Of a stretch of DNA of 64,000 bases, positions 43,016 to 52,565 are shown piece after piece. The notes beneath the pieces were generated by a model. It did no database searches and was not told where the DNA came from. It was given only the letters and a program-made list of their open reading frames with translations. The translations under genes and the position numbers were made by a program. Source of the stretch: Candidatus Eiseniibacteriota bacterium (GTDB taxonomy: Bacteria; Eisenbacteria; RBG-16-71-46; CAIMUX01; VGJL01); assembly GCA_963792585.1 (NCBI GenBank), contig CAWBWI010000006.1, forward strand, positions 576,001 to 640,000. Reading direction: 5' to 3'. How positions within the stretch are numbered: the stretch's first letter is position 1; the number at the start of each line of letters is the position of its first letter.

Positions 43016-44026
43016 ATGGAATCGAACCGTCCGCCCGACGACACCAGCGGGGCTCCCGGCGCCCCGAAGCCGAGACTTCTGGATCAGGTCCGCGGGGCGA
43101 TCCGCACCCTTCACTACAGCCGGCGCACGGAGAAGGCGTACATCGGCTGGATCCGCCGCTACATCTTCTTCCACAAGAAACGCCACCCCGCGGAAATGGG
43201 CGAGAAGGAGATCTCGGCCTACCTGACATACCTCGCCACGACCCGCAAGGTAAGCGCCTCGACCCAAACGCAGGCCCTCTCCGCGATCCTGTTCCTCTAC
43301 CGGCGTGTCCTCGAAAAGGATCTCGCGCAGATGAAGGACATCGTGCGGGCGAAGTCCAGTGTCCGGCTCCCCGTCGTGCTCAGCCGCGAGGAGGCCAGGA
43401 TTCTCGTCGGAGAACTGGCCGGAGTCGATCGGCTTCTAGCCATGATTCTCTATGGGACGGGGCTACGCCTGATGGAGTGTATGCGCCTACGGGTCAAGGA
43501 TATCGATTTCGACATGAATCAGATCGTCGTCCGCGCGGGCAAGGGAGGAAAGGACCGCGTCACCCTGCTCCCATCGGTCATAAAGGAGGAACTCCTGGCG
43601 CAGATCTCAAAGGTCGGGCGGCTCCACGCCAAGGATGTCGCCGGCGGCGCGGGTTGGGTGGAACTGCCACTGGCGCTCGACAACAAGTGGCCGACGGCGG
43701 GCCGCGAACTCGGTTGGCAATGGGTCTTCCCCGCGACGCGAACCTACGTCGAACCGCTGACAGGGCACCGGCGGCGACACCACAGGCACGAATCTGTGAT
43801 ACAGAGAGCCGTCAAGGAGGCCGCCCGCCGCGCAAGGATCAAGAAACCTGTGACCTGCCACACGCTTCGTCACTCATTTGCCACACGTCTCCTGGAACTG
43901 GGATACGACCCTCGGACCATCCAAGAACTGCTGGGTCACAGAAGCCTGGAGACAACGATGATCTATACCCACGTCCTGAACCGCGGTCCCCGCGGCGTTC
44001 ACAGCCCCGCGGATGACCTGCTCTGA
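43016..44026 (+). CDS. intI: Integron integrase (tyrosine recombinase)
   Basis: HYSRRTE..Y N-terminus; YGTGLR, GKGGKDR, HTLRHSFAT, LLGH, TMIYTH; IntI-specific insert LPLALDNKWP..WQWVFP..RRHH. Confidence 0.97.
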   Translation: MESNRPPDDTSGAPGAPKPRLLDQVRGAIRTLHYSRRTEKAYIGWIRRYIFFHKKRHPAEMGEKEISAYLTYLATTRKVSASTQTQALSAILFLYRRVLEKDLAQMKDIVRAKSSVRLPVVLSREEARILVGELAGVDRLLAMILYGTGLRLMECMRLRVKDIDFDMNQIVVRAGKGGKDRVTLLPSVIKEELLAQISKVGRLHAKDVAGGAGWVELPLALDNKWPTAGRELGWQWVFPATRTYVEPLTGHRRRHHRHESVIQRAVKEAARRARIKKPVTCHTLRHSFATRLLELGYDPRTIQELLGHRSLETTMIYTHVLNRGPRGVHSPADDLL

Positions 44027-44084
44027 GCGACCCCCCTGGATTCGGCCGGCGGCTCGATGATCGGACAATCGCGCCGGACAAGGC

Positions 44085-44119
44085 TTGATCTCCATGGTGG
44101 TATGATAGATAATCATACC
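44085..44119 (+). promoter_or_regulatory. TA promoter with palindromic operator
   Basis: TTGATC-N17-GATAAT overlapping the perfect inverted repeat GGTATGAT-AGATA-ATCATACC (44099-44119). Confidence 0.65.
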
Positions 44120-44131
44120 GGAGGTCAACGC

Positions 44132-44374
44132 ATGCCGAAGTCGAAGATCGCCATCACATTGGACGGAAACACATTGGCCCGACTCGATTCGCTCGTCGCG
44201 CGCGGGGTCTTCCTGAATCGAAGTCTGGGGATCCAAACCGCCATCGAGGAGAAGCTCGACCGCATCGAAGGAACTCGACTCGCCCGAGAGTGCTCCAAGC
44301 TCGATCCCGTATTCGAACGCTCCCTCGCCGAAGAAGCCCCGCCACCAGATCCGCGCGAATGGCCCGAGTACTGA
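44132..44374 (+). CDS. Ribbon-helix-helix (CopG-like) antitoxin
   Basis: KIAITLD..LD..V....F.NRS; RBS GGAGG; overlaps toxin start. Confidence 0.85.
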   Translation: MPKSKIAITLDGNTLARLDSLVARGVFLNRSLGIQTAIEEKLDRIEGTRLARECSKLDPVFERSLAEEAPPPDPREWPEY

Positions 44375-44697
44375 GAGGCGAAATCCGCTGGGCGGATTCG
44401 AGCCCAACCCGCGGCCCAGAGCAGTCCGGCCTACGGCCAGTCCTTGTCCTGAGCCACGACATCTTCAATGAGCGCTCCGGGACGGTCATCGTGGCCGCCA
44501 TCACCAGCCAACCCCAACGTGCCGGATTCCCCCTGACCCTTGAATTGCCCCCCAGGGGCCTGCCAAAGAAATCCTGGGTCAAGATCAGCCAAATTCGAAC
44601 ACTGGCCGGGGAGCGACTCGGCAAGCGATTGACCCGGGTTCCCCCTGAAGTCGTCGCGCGAGTGATCGAGGGGCTCAACGAGATCCTGGCCGGCTAG
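44359..44697 (+). CDS. mazF: PemK/MazF family endoribonuclease toxin
   Basis: RGEIRWAD..PTRG.EQ.G.RPVLVLS..N, ITS, QIRTL. Confidence 0.9.
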   Translation: MARVLRGEIRWADSSPTRGPEQSGLRPVLVLSHDIFNERSGTVIVAAITSQPQRAGFPLTLELPPRGLPKKSWVKISQIRTLAGERLGKRLTRVPPEVVARVIEGLNEILAG

Positions 44698-44949
44698 CAC
44701 CCAGAACCGCCGGACGGCGTTTCTCCTTTACGACGGGGCTCGATCTTCTTATCCTTAGACCGACGTCAAGAGCTTCTGCGCTCGGGTACGACCTCGCTTA
44801 TCCAGAACGACATACCCTGAGCCACTCCTGGCGGTGGTGGTCGCTATGTGGGTTTCCTTATGGTGGATGCGGTCCCCCACGCCCTCCCCAGGACGCACGT
44901 ACCATCGCACCTTCCGCCGCCTATCTGCCTTCTCTCACGCCGATCCCAA

Positions 44950-44984
44950 TCCCTTACCCGAGATCTGTCCACTAAACGTTAGGC
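44950..44984 (+). other. attI site (core GTTAGGC at 44978-44984; left limit approximate)
   Basis: First GTTRRRY, preceded by CACTAAAC with no attC hairpin; matches GCCTAAC of attC1. Confidence 0.75.
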
Positions 44985-45012
44985 GAGTGTTGCGATCGAA
45001 GGAGTCCATCCA

Positions 45013-45489
45013 ATGACACCACTCATTGCGTTGATTACCAGGGTGTGCGTTCTCGGTGCAGTGGCACTGACCCTCCACAATCCATGGTTTGAGGCAGAGC
45101 TCAGCGGCGCAGACGTCGTTCCGGCCACCGAGTCGCACGGATCAGCCTTCGTGGCTTGGTACTGGACGGAAGAGTCCGAGGTCAGCGACGTCTACATCTC
45201 ATACGGGAACCTCTCAGGCACCGTTACCGGGGCTTACGTGGCGAAGGGGACTGACTCTGAGAATGGGCCTGTCGCACGTACTCTCGCATCGAGTTACTTT
45301 TCTAGCCCCCTTTCCATGACAGTCGAGGCCCTCGCTTCTGACCGCGCTCTCTTGGAGGCGGACTCTGTATACGTGGTCATCACAACCACCGCGTACCCAA
45401 ACGGGGAACTCCGCGGTCGCTTCGTCGAGTCCCACGCCCCCGCAACGCGCGAGGCAACGTGGGGTTCAGTACGTGCCAGCTTCAGATAG
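45013..45489 (+). CDS. Cassette 1: secreted CHRD-domain protein with TWG C-terminal motif
   Basis: AELSGADVVP..YVVITT..YPNGELRG; ends TWGSVRASFR. Confidence 0.8.
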   Translation: MTPLIALITRVCVLGAVALTLHNPWFEAELSGADVVPATESHGSAFVAWYWTEESEVSDVYISYGNLSGTVTGAYVAKGTDSENGPVARTLASSYFSSPLSMTVEALASDRALLEADSVYVVITTTAYPNGELRGRFVESHAPATREATWGSVRASFR

Positions 45490-45504
45490 GCCCACAACCT
45501 TGTC

Positions 45505-45635
45505 GCCTAACAGACGCATTCACCTGACGCGCTGGCCCGTCACGGCCCTGGCAGACAAGCATAGAAGGCAAGACCATCTCCTCGGGCTGCCAGGGCCGCG
45601 CCGGCCTCAGCCCGCAGGTGATGCGAACGTTAGAC
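45505..45635 (+). repeat. attC1 (type A)
   Basis: GCCTAAC..CATTCACCTG..CAGGTGATG..GTTAGAC. Confidence 0.92.
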
Positions 45636-45678
45636 ACGGTCTGACCAGACCGTGTGGTTCATCGCCTCTGGAGGGCTT

Positions 45679-46191
45679 ATGAGTGTGCGTGCAAGAAGTG
45701 CTACCTACTTGGTCTTCTTGGCTACGACGTTACTCGCGCCTGGCGTGGCATTTCCGCAGAGGGCCTGTGTATACACCAGCTTCGCCCTGCCGGACAGTGT
45801 TGTCCCTCCGCTGCAAGGCCAGGGTTGGGCGCACATGTTGTTGCTTGATGATCGCGATGACTGCGACTCGGCCGATTCAGTTTGGCTTAGCGTGAATTAT
45901 GGAAGCCTCGAAAGCAATGTCAACGGCGCTAGCATTCACCGTGGTGCTGTGGGCCAGAATGGCGACGAGATTCTCTCCCTATTCACCGAACTGTTCGAGA
46001 CCAACACCCATGTCAGGAAGTATCTTGATCCAGCTGTCTGTCGGGAGATCCTCAATCCAGAGGGTGCATTCTACTTCATCGTGACGACAGTTGATCACCC
46101 TGATGGTGCAGTTCGCGGACAGGTGTGGGTAGATCGCCAGTCCCCCGTATCCCGTTCCACTTGGGGTCGCATAAAATGCTCCTACAGGTAG
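45679..46191 (+). CDS. Cassette 2: secreted CHRD-domain protein with TWG motif
   Basis: VVPP, ASIHRG..GQNG, FYFIVTT.DHPDGAVRGQ; ends TWGRIKCSYR. Confidence 0.8.
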   Translation: MSVRARSATYLVFLATTLLAPGVAFPQRACVYTSFALPDSVVPPLQGQGWAHMLLLDDRDDCDSADSVWLSVNYGSLESNVNGASIHRGAVGQNGDEILSLFTELFETNTHVRKYLDPAVCREILNPEGAFYFIVTTVDHPDGAVRGQVWVDRQSPVSRSTWGRIKCSYR

Positions 46192-46198
46192 GAACCGT

Positions 46199-46329
46199 GT
46201 CTAACAGCCGCATTCACCTGACGCGCTGGGCCGTCACGGCCCTGGCAGAGACGCATAGAAGCTCGAACTATTACCGAGCGCTGCCAGGGCCGCGCCGGCC
46301 ACAGCCCGCAGGTGATGCGAACGTTAGAA
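46199..46329 (+). repeat. attC2 (type A)
   Basis: GTCTAAC..GTTAGAA. Confidence 0.92.
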
Positions 46330-46668
46330 GGTCTTTCACCAACTCCGAAGAATTCGCGATGTTCTCGGAAGCTCCTACCTGTCGTCAGCATGGAGGTCGG
46401 TGTCGAGCCTTCTCGCGCTGTGATCACACGCCAGATGACTTCGGCTCCCGCATCGCTGTGCCCTTTCCAACTAGGCCAGGGACTTCAAGAGCCGGCGGCG
46501 GCATGCCTGAGTTCTCCGAAGTGCCCTCAGATTCCACAACGGCTCATCCACTCGAGTCCCAGAAGCGTGGAAGAATCGGTTGTGCACGCGGGTTCGCCGG
46601 TGCAATCGCCGCCACCGGTCGCCATCACACGAAACCGGGTGGCCATCATTCAGCGAGTGAGGAAGCCG
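46330..46668. other. Cassette 3: gene-less cassette family 1, copy 1
   Basis: No credible RBS or gene; homologous to cassettes 5 and 23. Confidence 0.65.
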
Positions 46669-46803
46669 TTCTAACAGCCGCGTTCACCTGCCGCGCTTGC
46701 CCTGACACGGCTCTGGCGATGTCGCCAAGAACCCAAGAAACTGTCACCCGTGCTCGCCAGAGCCGCGCCAGGTCTGCGCCCGCAGGTGACGCGAACGTTA
46801 GGT
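46669..46803 (+). repeat. attC3 (type C, 135 bp)
   Basis: TTCTAAC..CGTTCACCTG..CAGGTGACG..GTTAGGT. Confidence 0.9.
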
Positions 46804-46808
46804 GTCTC

Positions 46809-47252
46809 TTGCGTCGGCCGTTATCACTCGCTGTCAGATCCCAGTTGGCACTCTTCCTTGAGGTCATGTGCCTCACGGCCGTCGGGTGCTCATCCAGCAC
46901 AGTGGTTCAGCGAAGTGCACTCCCGACTCTCGCAGGCGATGCGTCCGGAACGAGTCATGCTCGCCTTGGCAAGAACGTCACCTTGCTTCTTGACGACCAT
47001 ACCAAGCTCAAGGGGAAGCTGATCCGAGTCTCCTGCCGCCCGGAGACCACCTTGGTCGTGGAAACAGACAACGCTTCGTCAGTTGACCCGTTCGCCGGGC
47101 GTCCCGATACCGTATCCGTCCCGCTGAGGGACGTCCGACGCATCATGACGCGCTCCACACCTGGCGGTGCTGTTATCGCGGCAGGGTTCTTTGTGGGAAT
47201 CGTGATTGTGGCGGTGGCCGTTGAGCCCAAGCTCTCGTTCCACCCAGATTGA
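46809..47252 (+). CDS. Cassette 4: putative lipoprotein with C-terminal hydrophobic segment
   Basis: Lipobox-like AVGC; near-identical to cassette 11; start uncertain. Confidence 0.65.
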   Translation: MRRPLSLAVRSQLALFLEVMCLTAVGCSSSTVVQRSALPTLAGDASGTSHARLGKNVTLLLDDHTKLKGKLIRVSCRPETTLVVETDNASSVDPFAGRPDTVSVPLRDVRRIMTRSTPGGAVIAAGFFVGIVIVAVAVEPKLSFHPD

Positions 47253-47277
47253 GGTCTGCAATGCTTTGTGGTTCGAC

Positions 47278-47408
47278 ACCTAACAGCCGCATTCACCTGA
47301 CGCGCTGGGCCGTCACGGCCCTGGCAGAGAAGCATAGAAGGCAAGATCATCGCCCCGGGCTGCCAGGGCCGCGCCGGCCACAGCTCGCAGGTGATGCGAA
47401 CGTTAGAA
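47278..47408 (+). repeat. attC4 (type A)
   Basis: ACCTAAC..GTTAGAA. Confidence 0.92.
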
Positions 47409-47748
47409 GGTCTTTCACCAACGCCGAAGAATTTCGCAATGTTCTCAGATGCTCCTGCCTGTCGTCAGCATTTCGGCCGGTGTCGAGCCTTCTCGCGCTG
47501 CAATCACACCGCCGATGACTTCGGCTGCTGCATCGCTGTGCCCTATCCAACTAGCCCGGGAACTTCAAAAGCCGGCGGCGGCATGCCTGAGCTCTCTGAA
47601 GCGCCCTCAGCATCCATCACGCCACAATTATTCGAGCTCCAGATGCATAGAGCTGCCAATCTTGCAGACGGATCCAATAGTGGAATTGCCGCCACCGGTT
47701 GCCATCCCACTGACTTGGGTGGCCATCATTCACCGCGAGAGGAAGCCA
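47409..47748. other. Cassette 5: gene-less cassette family 1, copy 2
   Basis: Homolog of cassette 3 with one extra base near 47433. Confidence 0.65.
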
Positions 47749-47883
47749 TTCTAACAGCCGCGTTCACCTGCCGCGCTTGCCCTGACACGGCTCTGGCGGT
47801 GTCGCCAGGAACCCAGGAATCTGTCACCCGTGCTCGCCAGAGCCGCGCCAGGCCCGCGCCCGCAGGTGACGCGAACGTTATGT
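47749..47883 (+). repeat. attC5 (type C)
   Basis: TTCTAAC..GTTATGT. Confidence 0.9.
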
Positions 47884-47926
47884 TGCGGTTGCGGCCAACG
47901 AGGCCTCCCATGGCGAGAACACTTTC

Positions 47927-48316
47927 ATGAGCAATCGCGTCCCTGGCATGCTCGTCTTGCTACTCACCTGCTTTGGGTGTGGCGACTCGCATGATCCCCG
48001 CCTCATTGTGGAAACCTCGATCACCATCAGCGGCACCGTCGTGGATAACTCTGATCAGTCACCTGCGGAGAGCGTCCTGGTTGTTCATGAGTTCTTCCAC
48101 AGCACCGACTCTTCTTGGACACCTTTCAACTCCTGCCTAACCAACGCGAACGGTTTCTACATCACCGGTGAGCCACAAACTGGTCGTCCATCTGGTCGGT
48201 TCTTGTTTCAGAAGCCTAGATACGAGCCCCTGATCCTCGGCGCCGAGGAGGCTCGTCAGGATAACAGCGGCTCCTTTGTCCTCGACGCGACCATTCAGCC
48301 AATCAGAGGAAATTGA
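47927..48316 (+). CDS. Cassette 6: lipoprotein, carboxypeptidase-regulatory-like beta-sandwich
   Basis: Lipobox-like CFGC; ISGTVVD, TNANGFY, FQKPRY. Confidence 0.7.
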   Translation: MSNRVPGMLVLLLTCFGCGDSHDPRLIVETSITISGTVVDNSDQSPAESVLVVHEFFHSTDSSWTPFNSCLTNANGFYITGEPQTGRPSGRFLFQKPRYEPLILGAEEARQDNSGSFVLDATIQPIRGN

Positions 48317-48376
48317 CATGGGCCGTCACTCATTCGCCAATATCGGAGACCGATCGCCCACTGCTGAGGCCCGCGA

Positions 48377-48507
48377 ACATAACAACCGCATTCACCTGAC
48401 GCGCTGGCCCGTCACGGCCCTGGCAGAGAAGCATGGAAGCCAAGACCACCGCCTTGGGCTGCCAGGGCCGCGCCGGCCCCAGCCCGCAGGTGATGCGAAC
48501 GTTAGAC
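48377..48507 (+). repeat. attC6 (type A)
   Basis: ACATAAC..GTTAGAC. Confidence 0.92.
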
Positions 48508-48527
48508 GAGTATTACGCCGCAGAGCT

Positions 48528-49070
48528 ATGGCGTCCGTGTGGTCTGTCGGGACCCTCCTGATGGTCACTTCCTTTGCGATCGCCGCCGGCGAGAAGCCCA
48601 ATGCCGGGTACGGCTGTCGCCTAAGCGCCGATACTTCCCTCGTTGTAGGCTCTTCTTCACGCCGACTCGCGAAATTGGCCCAGTGTCCACCGCCCGTCTA
48701 CCCGGACAGCGCCAGGACCAACTGTATCTGTGGTCGCGTCCTTGCCCGTTGCAGCGTCCGCAGGTACGAGCCCATCCCGATTCGACGCTCCCCACCTCTG
48801 TTAGGTGATGGGGCCACCCGCCATGTCGAGATCATCACTGCTGAACCTCCAGGCATCTTCGAAGCCGCGGTCCGCCATGCACTCTCTCGCGCCCGCTTCT
48901 ACCTGCCGTCAGCTGCAGTAGGTGACACATCCGATGCAACGGCTTTGGTATCCGTTACGTTCGCACTCGATGCCAATGCTCGTTGGCGCGACTGCAAGTG
49001 CCTTCCCGATCACTACGCAGGGGCCACAGACAGCGTCATCGTCTCCGCTGCCATGTTGGTGATCCAGTGA
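48528..49070 (+). CDS. Cassette 7: exported TonB C-terminal-like domain protein
   Basis: Signal peptide; PPVYPDSA..G.V, VEII.AEPPGIFEAAV. Confidence 0.7.
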   Translation: MASVWSVGTLLMVTSFAIAAGEKPNAGYGCRLSADTSLVVGSSSRRLAKLAQCPPPVYPDSARTNCICGRVLARCSVRRYEPIPIRRSPPLLGDGATRHVEIITAEPPGIFEAAVRHALSRARFYLPSAAVGDTSDATALVSVTFALDANARWRDCKCLPDHYAGATDSVIVSAAMLVIQ

Positions 49071-49077
49071 TGAGATC

Positions 49078-49208
49078 GTCTAACAGCCGCATTCACCTGA
49101 CGCGCTGGGCCGTCACGACCCTGGCAGAATTGCATAGAGGACCAATCTACCACCTCGGGCTGCCAGGGCCATGCCGGCCTCAGCCCGCAGGTGATGCGAA
49201 CGTTAGGC
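49078..49208 (+). repeat. attC7 (type A)
   Basis: GTCTAAC..GTTAGGC. Confidence 0.92.
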
Positions 49209-49223
49209 ACATGGGAGGCTGAG

Positions 49224-49802
49224 ATGTCCAAGTGCATGAGGGTGTTGCTTGCCTGTGCTCTTGCGATTGCTGTCCAGGCGGTAGCAGATCCAATCGACCA
49301 GTGTGGCCGCATCATTCCGAGCTGGGATTGCAGCATCTTCTACCCTCTCCAGGGCGGAGGCGCGAGGTACTCGATTGACGCGTCTTCGGTCCCGGACTCC
49401 TCATCGCGAATTGTTTGGCGGGTTGTTGGCGACGTGGTTTCCTGCGACCACGCCTGCAACGACGCTTCAGTCACCGATTGCATCATCAACAGCCATGTTT
49501 CCCCATGTCCATCGACTGACCTCGGATGCGGGGTACTTTCCAGACTCTATTATCCCGACATTGGGTATCTCTGCTTCTTCTGGACATCGCCCGTCTACGG
49601 TTCACTCCTAACACCCTCCCACGGCTTCGTAGCAGGGGACACGATCCACGTCGTAGGCATCGTTGACTACAGGGGTGTAACAGGTCCCTGTGACACTGCC
49701 GAAGGGTACTTGTGGAACGAAGTGCTCACTACTTGTTCAGACTCTGTTTCATCGGCCGAGGAAACGACCTGGGGAAGACTGAAGTTTCTCTTCCGGAGGT
49801 AA
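49224..49802 (+). CDS. Cassette 8: secreted Cys-rich two-repeat protein with TWG motif
   Basis: Signal peptide; DLGCG, HGFVAGDTIHVVG shared with cassette 10 family; ends TWGRLKFLFRR. Confidence 0.78.
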   Translation: MSKCMRVLLACALAIAVQAVADPIDQCGRIIPSWDCSIFYPLQGGGARYSIDASSVPDSSSRIVWRVVGDVVSCDHACNDASVTDCIINSHVSPCPSTDLGCGVLSRLYYPDIGYLCFFWTSPVYGSLLTPSHGFVAGDTIHVVGIVDYRGVTGPCDTAEGYLWNEVLTTCSDSVSSAEETTWGRLKFLFRR

Positions 49803-49810
49803 GGGCAGGT

Positions 49811-49941
49811 GCCTAACAGCCGCATTCACCTGACGCGCTGGGCCGTCACGGCCCTGGCAGAGACGCATAGAAGCCAAGACCATCGCCTCGGGCTGCCAGG
49901 GCCGCGCCGGCCTCAGCCCGCAGGTGATGCGAACGTTAGAC
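49811..49941 (+). repeat. attC8 (type A)
   Basis: GCCTAAC..GTTAGAC. Confidence 0.92.
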
Positions 49942-49945
49942 TGAT

Positions 49946-50344
49946 ATGAAACGACTTGATCACCGGCGGAGCAGGATTCTCATCATCGTACTTTGCCTCG
50001 TTATAGTGGCTGGGAGCGTTGATGGCGGCTTGTATCTGTCGTCGAAGCGCCCAGCGTCATCTCCGTCATCCACTTCGTTCGTGCGCCTGACAGCTCAATC
50101 CGCGATCCATCCTCTTATGGGATTCGCACTGCCGTTCATGTGCGTCGCGCGACAGGGTGGACTGGGTGGCTTCCTTGGAATCCTGGCGGTCCTGACGACG
50201 GCTCTTGTGGTTCTTGCAGCTCGCCACTTCCTGATTCGGGGGACCTGGAAAGCGCTCGGCGGGGTTCTCACCGCTGGGCTCTTCTCATATTGGTTGAGCA
50301 CACGATTGCTCTATGGAGTTCTCTATGGACCCGCTTGGTACTGA
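49946..50344 (+). CDS. Cassette 9: hypothetical membrane protein
   Basis: 132 aa, 3-4 hydrophobic helices, fills most of the cassette. Confidence 0.65.
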   Translation: MKRLDHRRSRILIIVLCLVIVAGSVDGGLYLSSKRPASSPSSTSFVRLTAQSAIHPLMGFALPFMCVARQGGLGGFLGILAVLTTALVVLAARHFLIRGTWKALGGVLTAGLFSYWLSTRLLYGVLYGPAWY

Positions 50345-50506
50345 GGCTCTGGCCTCCCTCGCGCTTGTTCGCGAGCGTGCGGTTGGTGCCATGGCGCTCC
50401 CGCACTCGAATACCAGGCTCATCCCAGAACCGCCCGTCCAGAATCGCGTCCGATCGTTCTCTCGCCTTGGAGTTGACCAGACTATTCCGAACCACTTGAG
50501 GCGCCA

Positions 50507-50637
50507 GTCTAACAGCCGCATTCACCTGACGCGCTGGGCCGTCACGGCCCTGGCAGAGAAGCATAGAAGGCAAGACCATCACCCGTGGCTGCCAGGGCCG
50601 CGCCGGCCACAGCCCGCAGGTGATGCGAACGTTAGGC
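50507..50637 (+). repeat. attC9 (type A)
   Basis: GTCTAAC..GTTAGGC. Confidence 0.92.
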
Positions 50638-50666
50638 CTCGTGTTGGCGTTCGAGCCTGCGTTGTC

Positions 50667-51221
50667 GTGCTCTTTCTCATCGTGTCGGCAATTGGGTGGT
50701 CGTTCGCTGATGCTCAGGATCCCCGCGACGCTTTCGACGGCTGCGGCGAGCTCGTCGACTGGAGCGGCTGCAGGTACCTCTACTCATACGACCAAGATGT
50801 CAATCTCCTTCTTGCTGACTTCGGTGGCTATGTCGCTGGAGATACAGTTCACGTCGTCGGCACAGCGAGCATCACTTTCGAGTCCTGCGCGGGAAGCCCC
50901 TTCTACTGGCGCCTCACCCCCAGTTCCATCACTCGGTGTCTTCCGTCCGACCTCGGGTGCGGAGTAATCGTTGGCAGCTTGGCCGCCGGGTGCTCGTACT
51001 GGTCCTCTGAAGCATATGGAAAACTCGACCTGCTTGACCGCCACGGGTTCGCGCCCGGTGACACGGTTCACGTGAGCGGGGTTGTGTGCTGGTGCGGGGG
51101 CCAGACATGTCATCCGTTTGGGGATGGTGAGATACGCAGTGAGAGGCTCAGAGCGTGTAGTGACTCACTTAGCGCAGTCGTACCCCTTACGTGGGGAAGG
51201 GTGCGAATGTTGTTCCGTTAG
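50667..51221 (+). CDS. Cassette 10: secreted Cys-rich two-repeat protein with TWG motif (copy 1)
   Basis: Repeats GCG..C..GDTVHV.G; ends TWGRVRMLFR; GTG here is ATG in cassette 21; start uncertain. Confidence 0.75.
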   Translation: MLFLIVSAIGWSFADAQDPRDAFDGCGELVDWSGCRYLYSYDQDVNLLLADFGGYVAGDTVHVVGTASITFESCAGSPFYWRLTPSSITRCLPSDLGCGVIVGSLAAGCSYWSSEAYGKLDLLDRHGFAPGDTVHVSGVVCWCGGQTCHPFGDGEIRSERLRACSDSLSAVVPLTWGRVRMLFR

Positions 51222-51230
51222 GAGGACGAT

Positions 51231-51361
51231 GCCTAACAGCCGCATGCACCTGACGCGCTGGGCCGTCACGGCCCTGGCAGAGAAGCATAGAAGGCAAGAT
51301 CATCGCTCCGGGCTGCCAGGGCCGCGCCGGCCTCAGCTCGCAGGTGATGCGAACGTTAGGT
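51231..51361 (+). repeat. attC10 (type A)
   Basis: GCCTAAC..GTTAGGT. Confidence 0.92.
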
Positions 51362-51366
51362 GTCTC

Positions 51367-51810
51367 TTGCGTCGACCGTTATTACTCGCTGTCAGATCCC
51401 TGTTGGTACGCTTCCTTGAGGTCATGTGCCTCACGGCCGTCGGGTGCTCATCCAGCACAGTGGTCCAGCGAAGTGCACTCCCGACTCTCGCAGGCGATGC
51501 GTCCGGAACGAGTCATGGTCGCCTTGGCAAGAACGTCACCTTGCTTCTTGACGACCATACCAAGCTCAAGGGGAAGCTGATCCGAGTCTCCTGCCAGCCG
51601 GAGACCACCTTGGTCGTGGAAACAGACAACGCTTCGTCAGTTGACCCGTTCGCCGGGCGTCCAGATACCGTATCCGTCCCGCTGAGGGAGGTCCGACGCA
51701 TCATGACGCGCTCCACACCTGGGGGTGCTGTTATCGCGGCAGGGTTCTTCGTGGGAATCGTGATTGTGGCGGTGGCCGCTGAGCCCAAGCTCTCGTTCCA
51801 CCCAGATTGA
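51367..51810 (+). CDS. Cassette 11: putative lipoprotein, copy of cassette 4
   Basis: Same length and nearly the same sequence as 46809-47252. Confidence 0.65.
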   Translation: MRRPLLLAVRSLLVRFLEVMCLTAVGCSSSTVVQRSALPTLAGDASGTSHGRLGKNVTLLLDDHTKLKGKLIRVSCQPETTLVVETDNASSVDPFAGRPDTVSVPLREVRRIMTRSTPGGAVIAAGFFVGIVIVAVAAEPKLSFHPD

Positions 51811-51835
51811 GGTCTGCAATGCTTTGTGGTTCGAC

Positions 51836-51966
51836 ACCTAACAGACGCATTCACCTGACGCGCTGGACCGTCACGGCCCTGGCAGAGAAGCGTAGAACGC
51901 AAGACCATCAGCCGGGGCTGCCAGGGCCGCGCCGGCCTCAGCTCGCAGGTGATGCGAACGTTAGGA
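51836..51966 (+). repeat. attC11 (type A)
   Basis: ACCTAAC..GTTAGGA. Confidence 0.92.
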
Positions 51967-52412
51967 GGCACGACAGCTTGAGTAGCAATTTGCTCGAGGA
52001 CGTTTGAAGGGCCGATCCTGTGGGCCTTCGCTCTTGCGGAAGGGTCGGATGCCATCCATCCAGCCGAATCGTTGACTACGCTGAATCCACTGCGGCCGGA
52101 TGGTGCTCCTCCTCCTCCAATGAAAAACCTGCTCTTTGACCCCGACTCAGACGCCTCCAAGCCCTTGTGGCCCAAGCGAATCCACTTCAAACGAAGCCCA
52201 CTTTCAATTTGGTCGTGCCTGGACTCGGTGGTAGGCTTGATGCGCACAGCGGATGCGGAAGATTGAAACGACGGGGAATCGCTGGTGCAGGAATCCGGGG
52301 GCCGCGCGATGAGCAAGGTGCCCATTATCTCTTCCTCGACCTCATCCTCTCCATCCACGAGTGGATCCACACCTTCGTACTTGCCAATCAAGAAGGGCGT
52401 TCAAGGCGTTCC
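51967..52412. other. Cassette 12: gene-less cassette family 2, copy 1
   Basis: Only short non-descript forward ORFs; near-identical to cassette 15. Confidence 0.55.
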
Positions 52413-52543
52413 TCCTAACAGCCGCATTCACCTGACGCGCTGGGCCGTCACGGCCCTGGCAGAGAAGCATAGAAAGCAAGACCATCGCCCCGGGCTGCCA
52501 GGGCCGCGCCAGCCACAGCCCGCAGGTGATGCGAACGTTATGT
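52413..52543 (+). repeat. attC12 (type A)
   Basis: TCCTAAC..GTTATGT. Confidence 0.92.
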
Positions 52544-52565
52544 TGAGAGTGAGGGGTGGTGCGCG

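Noticed and set aside
46125..47252. Long ORFs containing NSRIHLTRW...GDANV as a standalone protein family
   Set aside because: The peptide is the translation of attC; treated as a relay frame, not a folded domain
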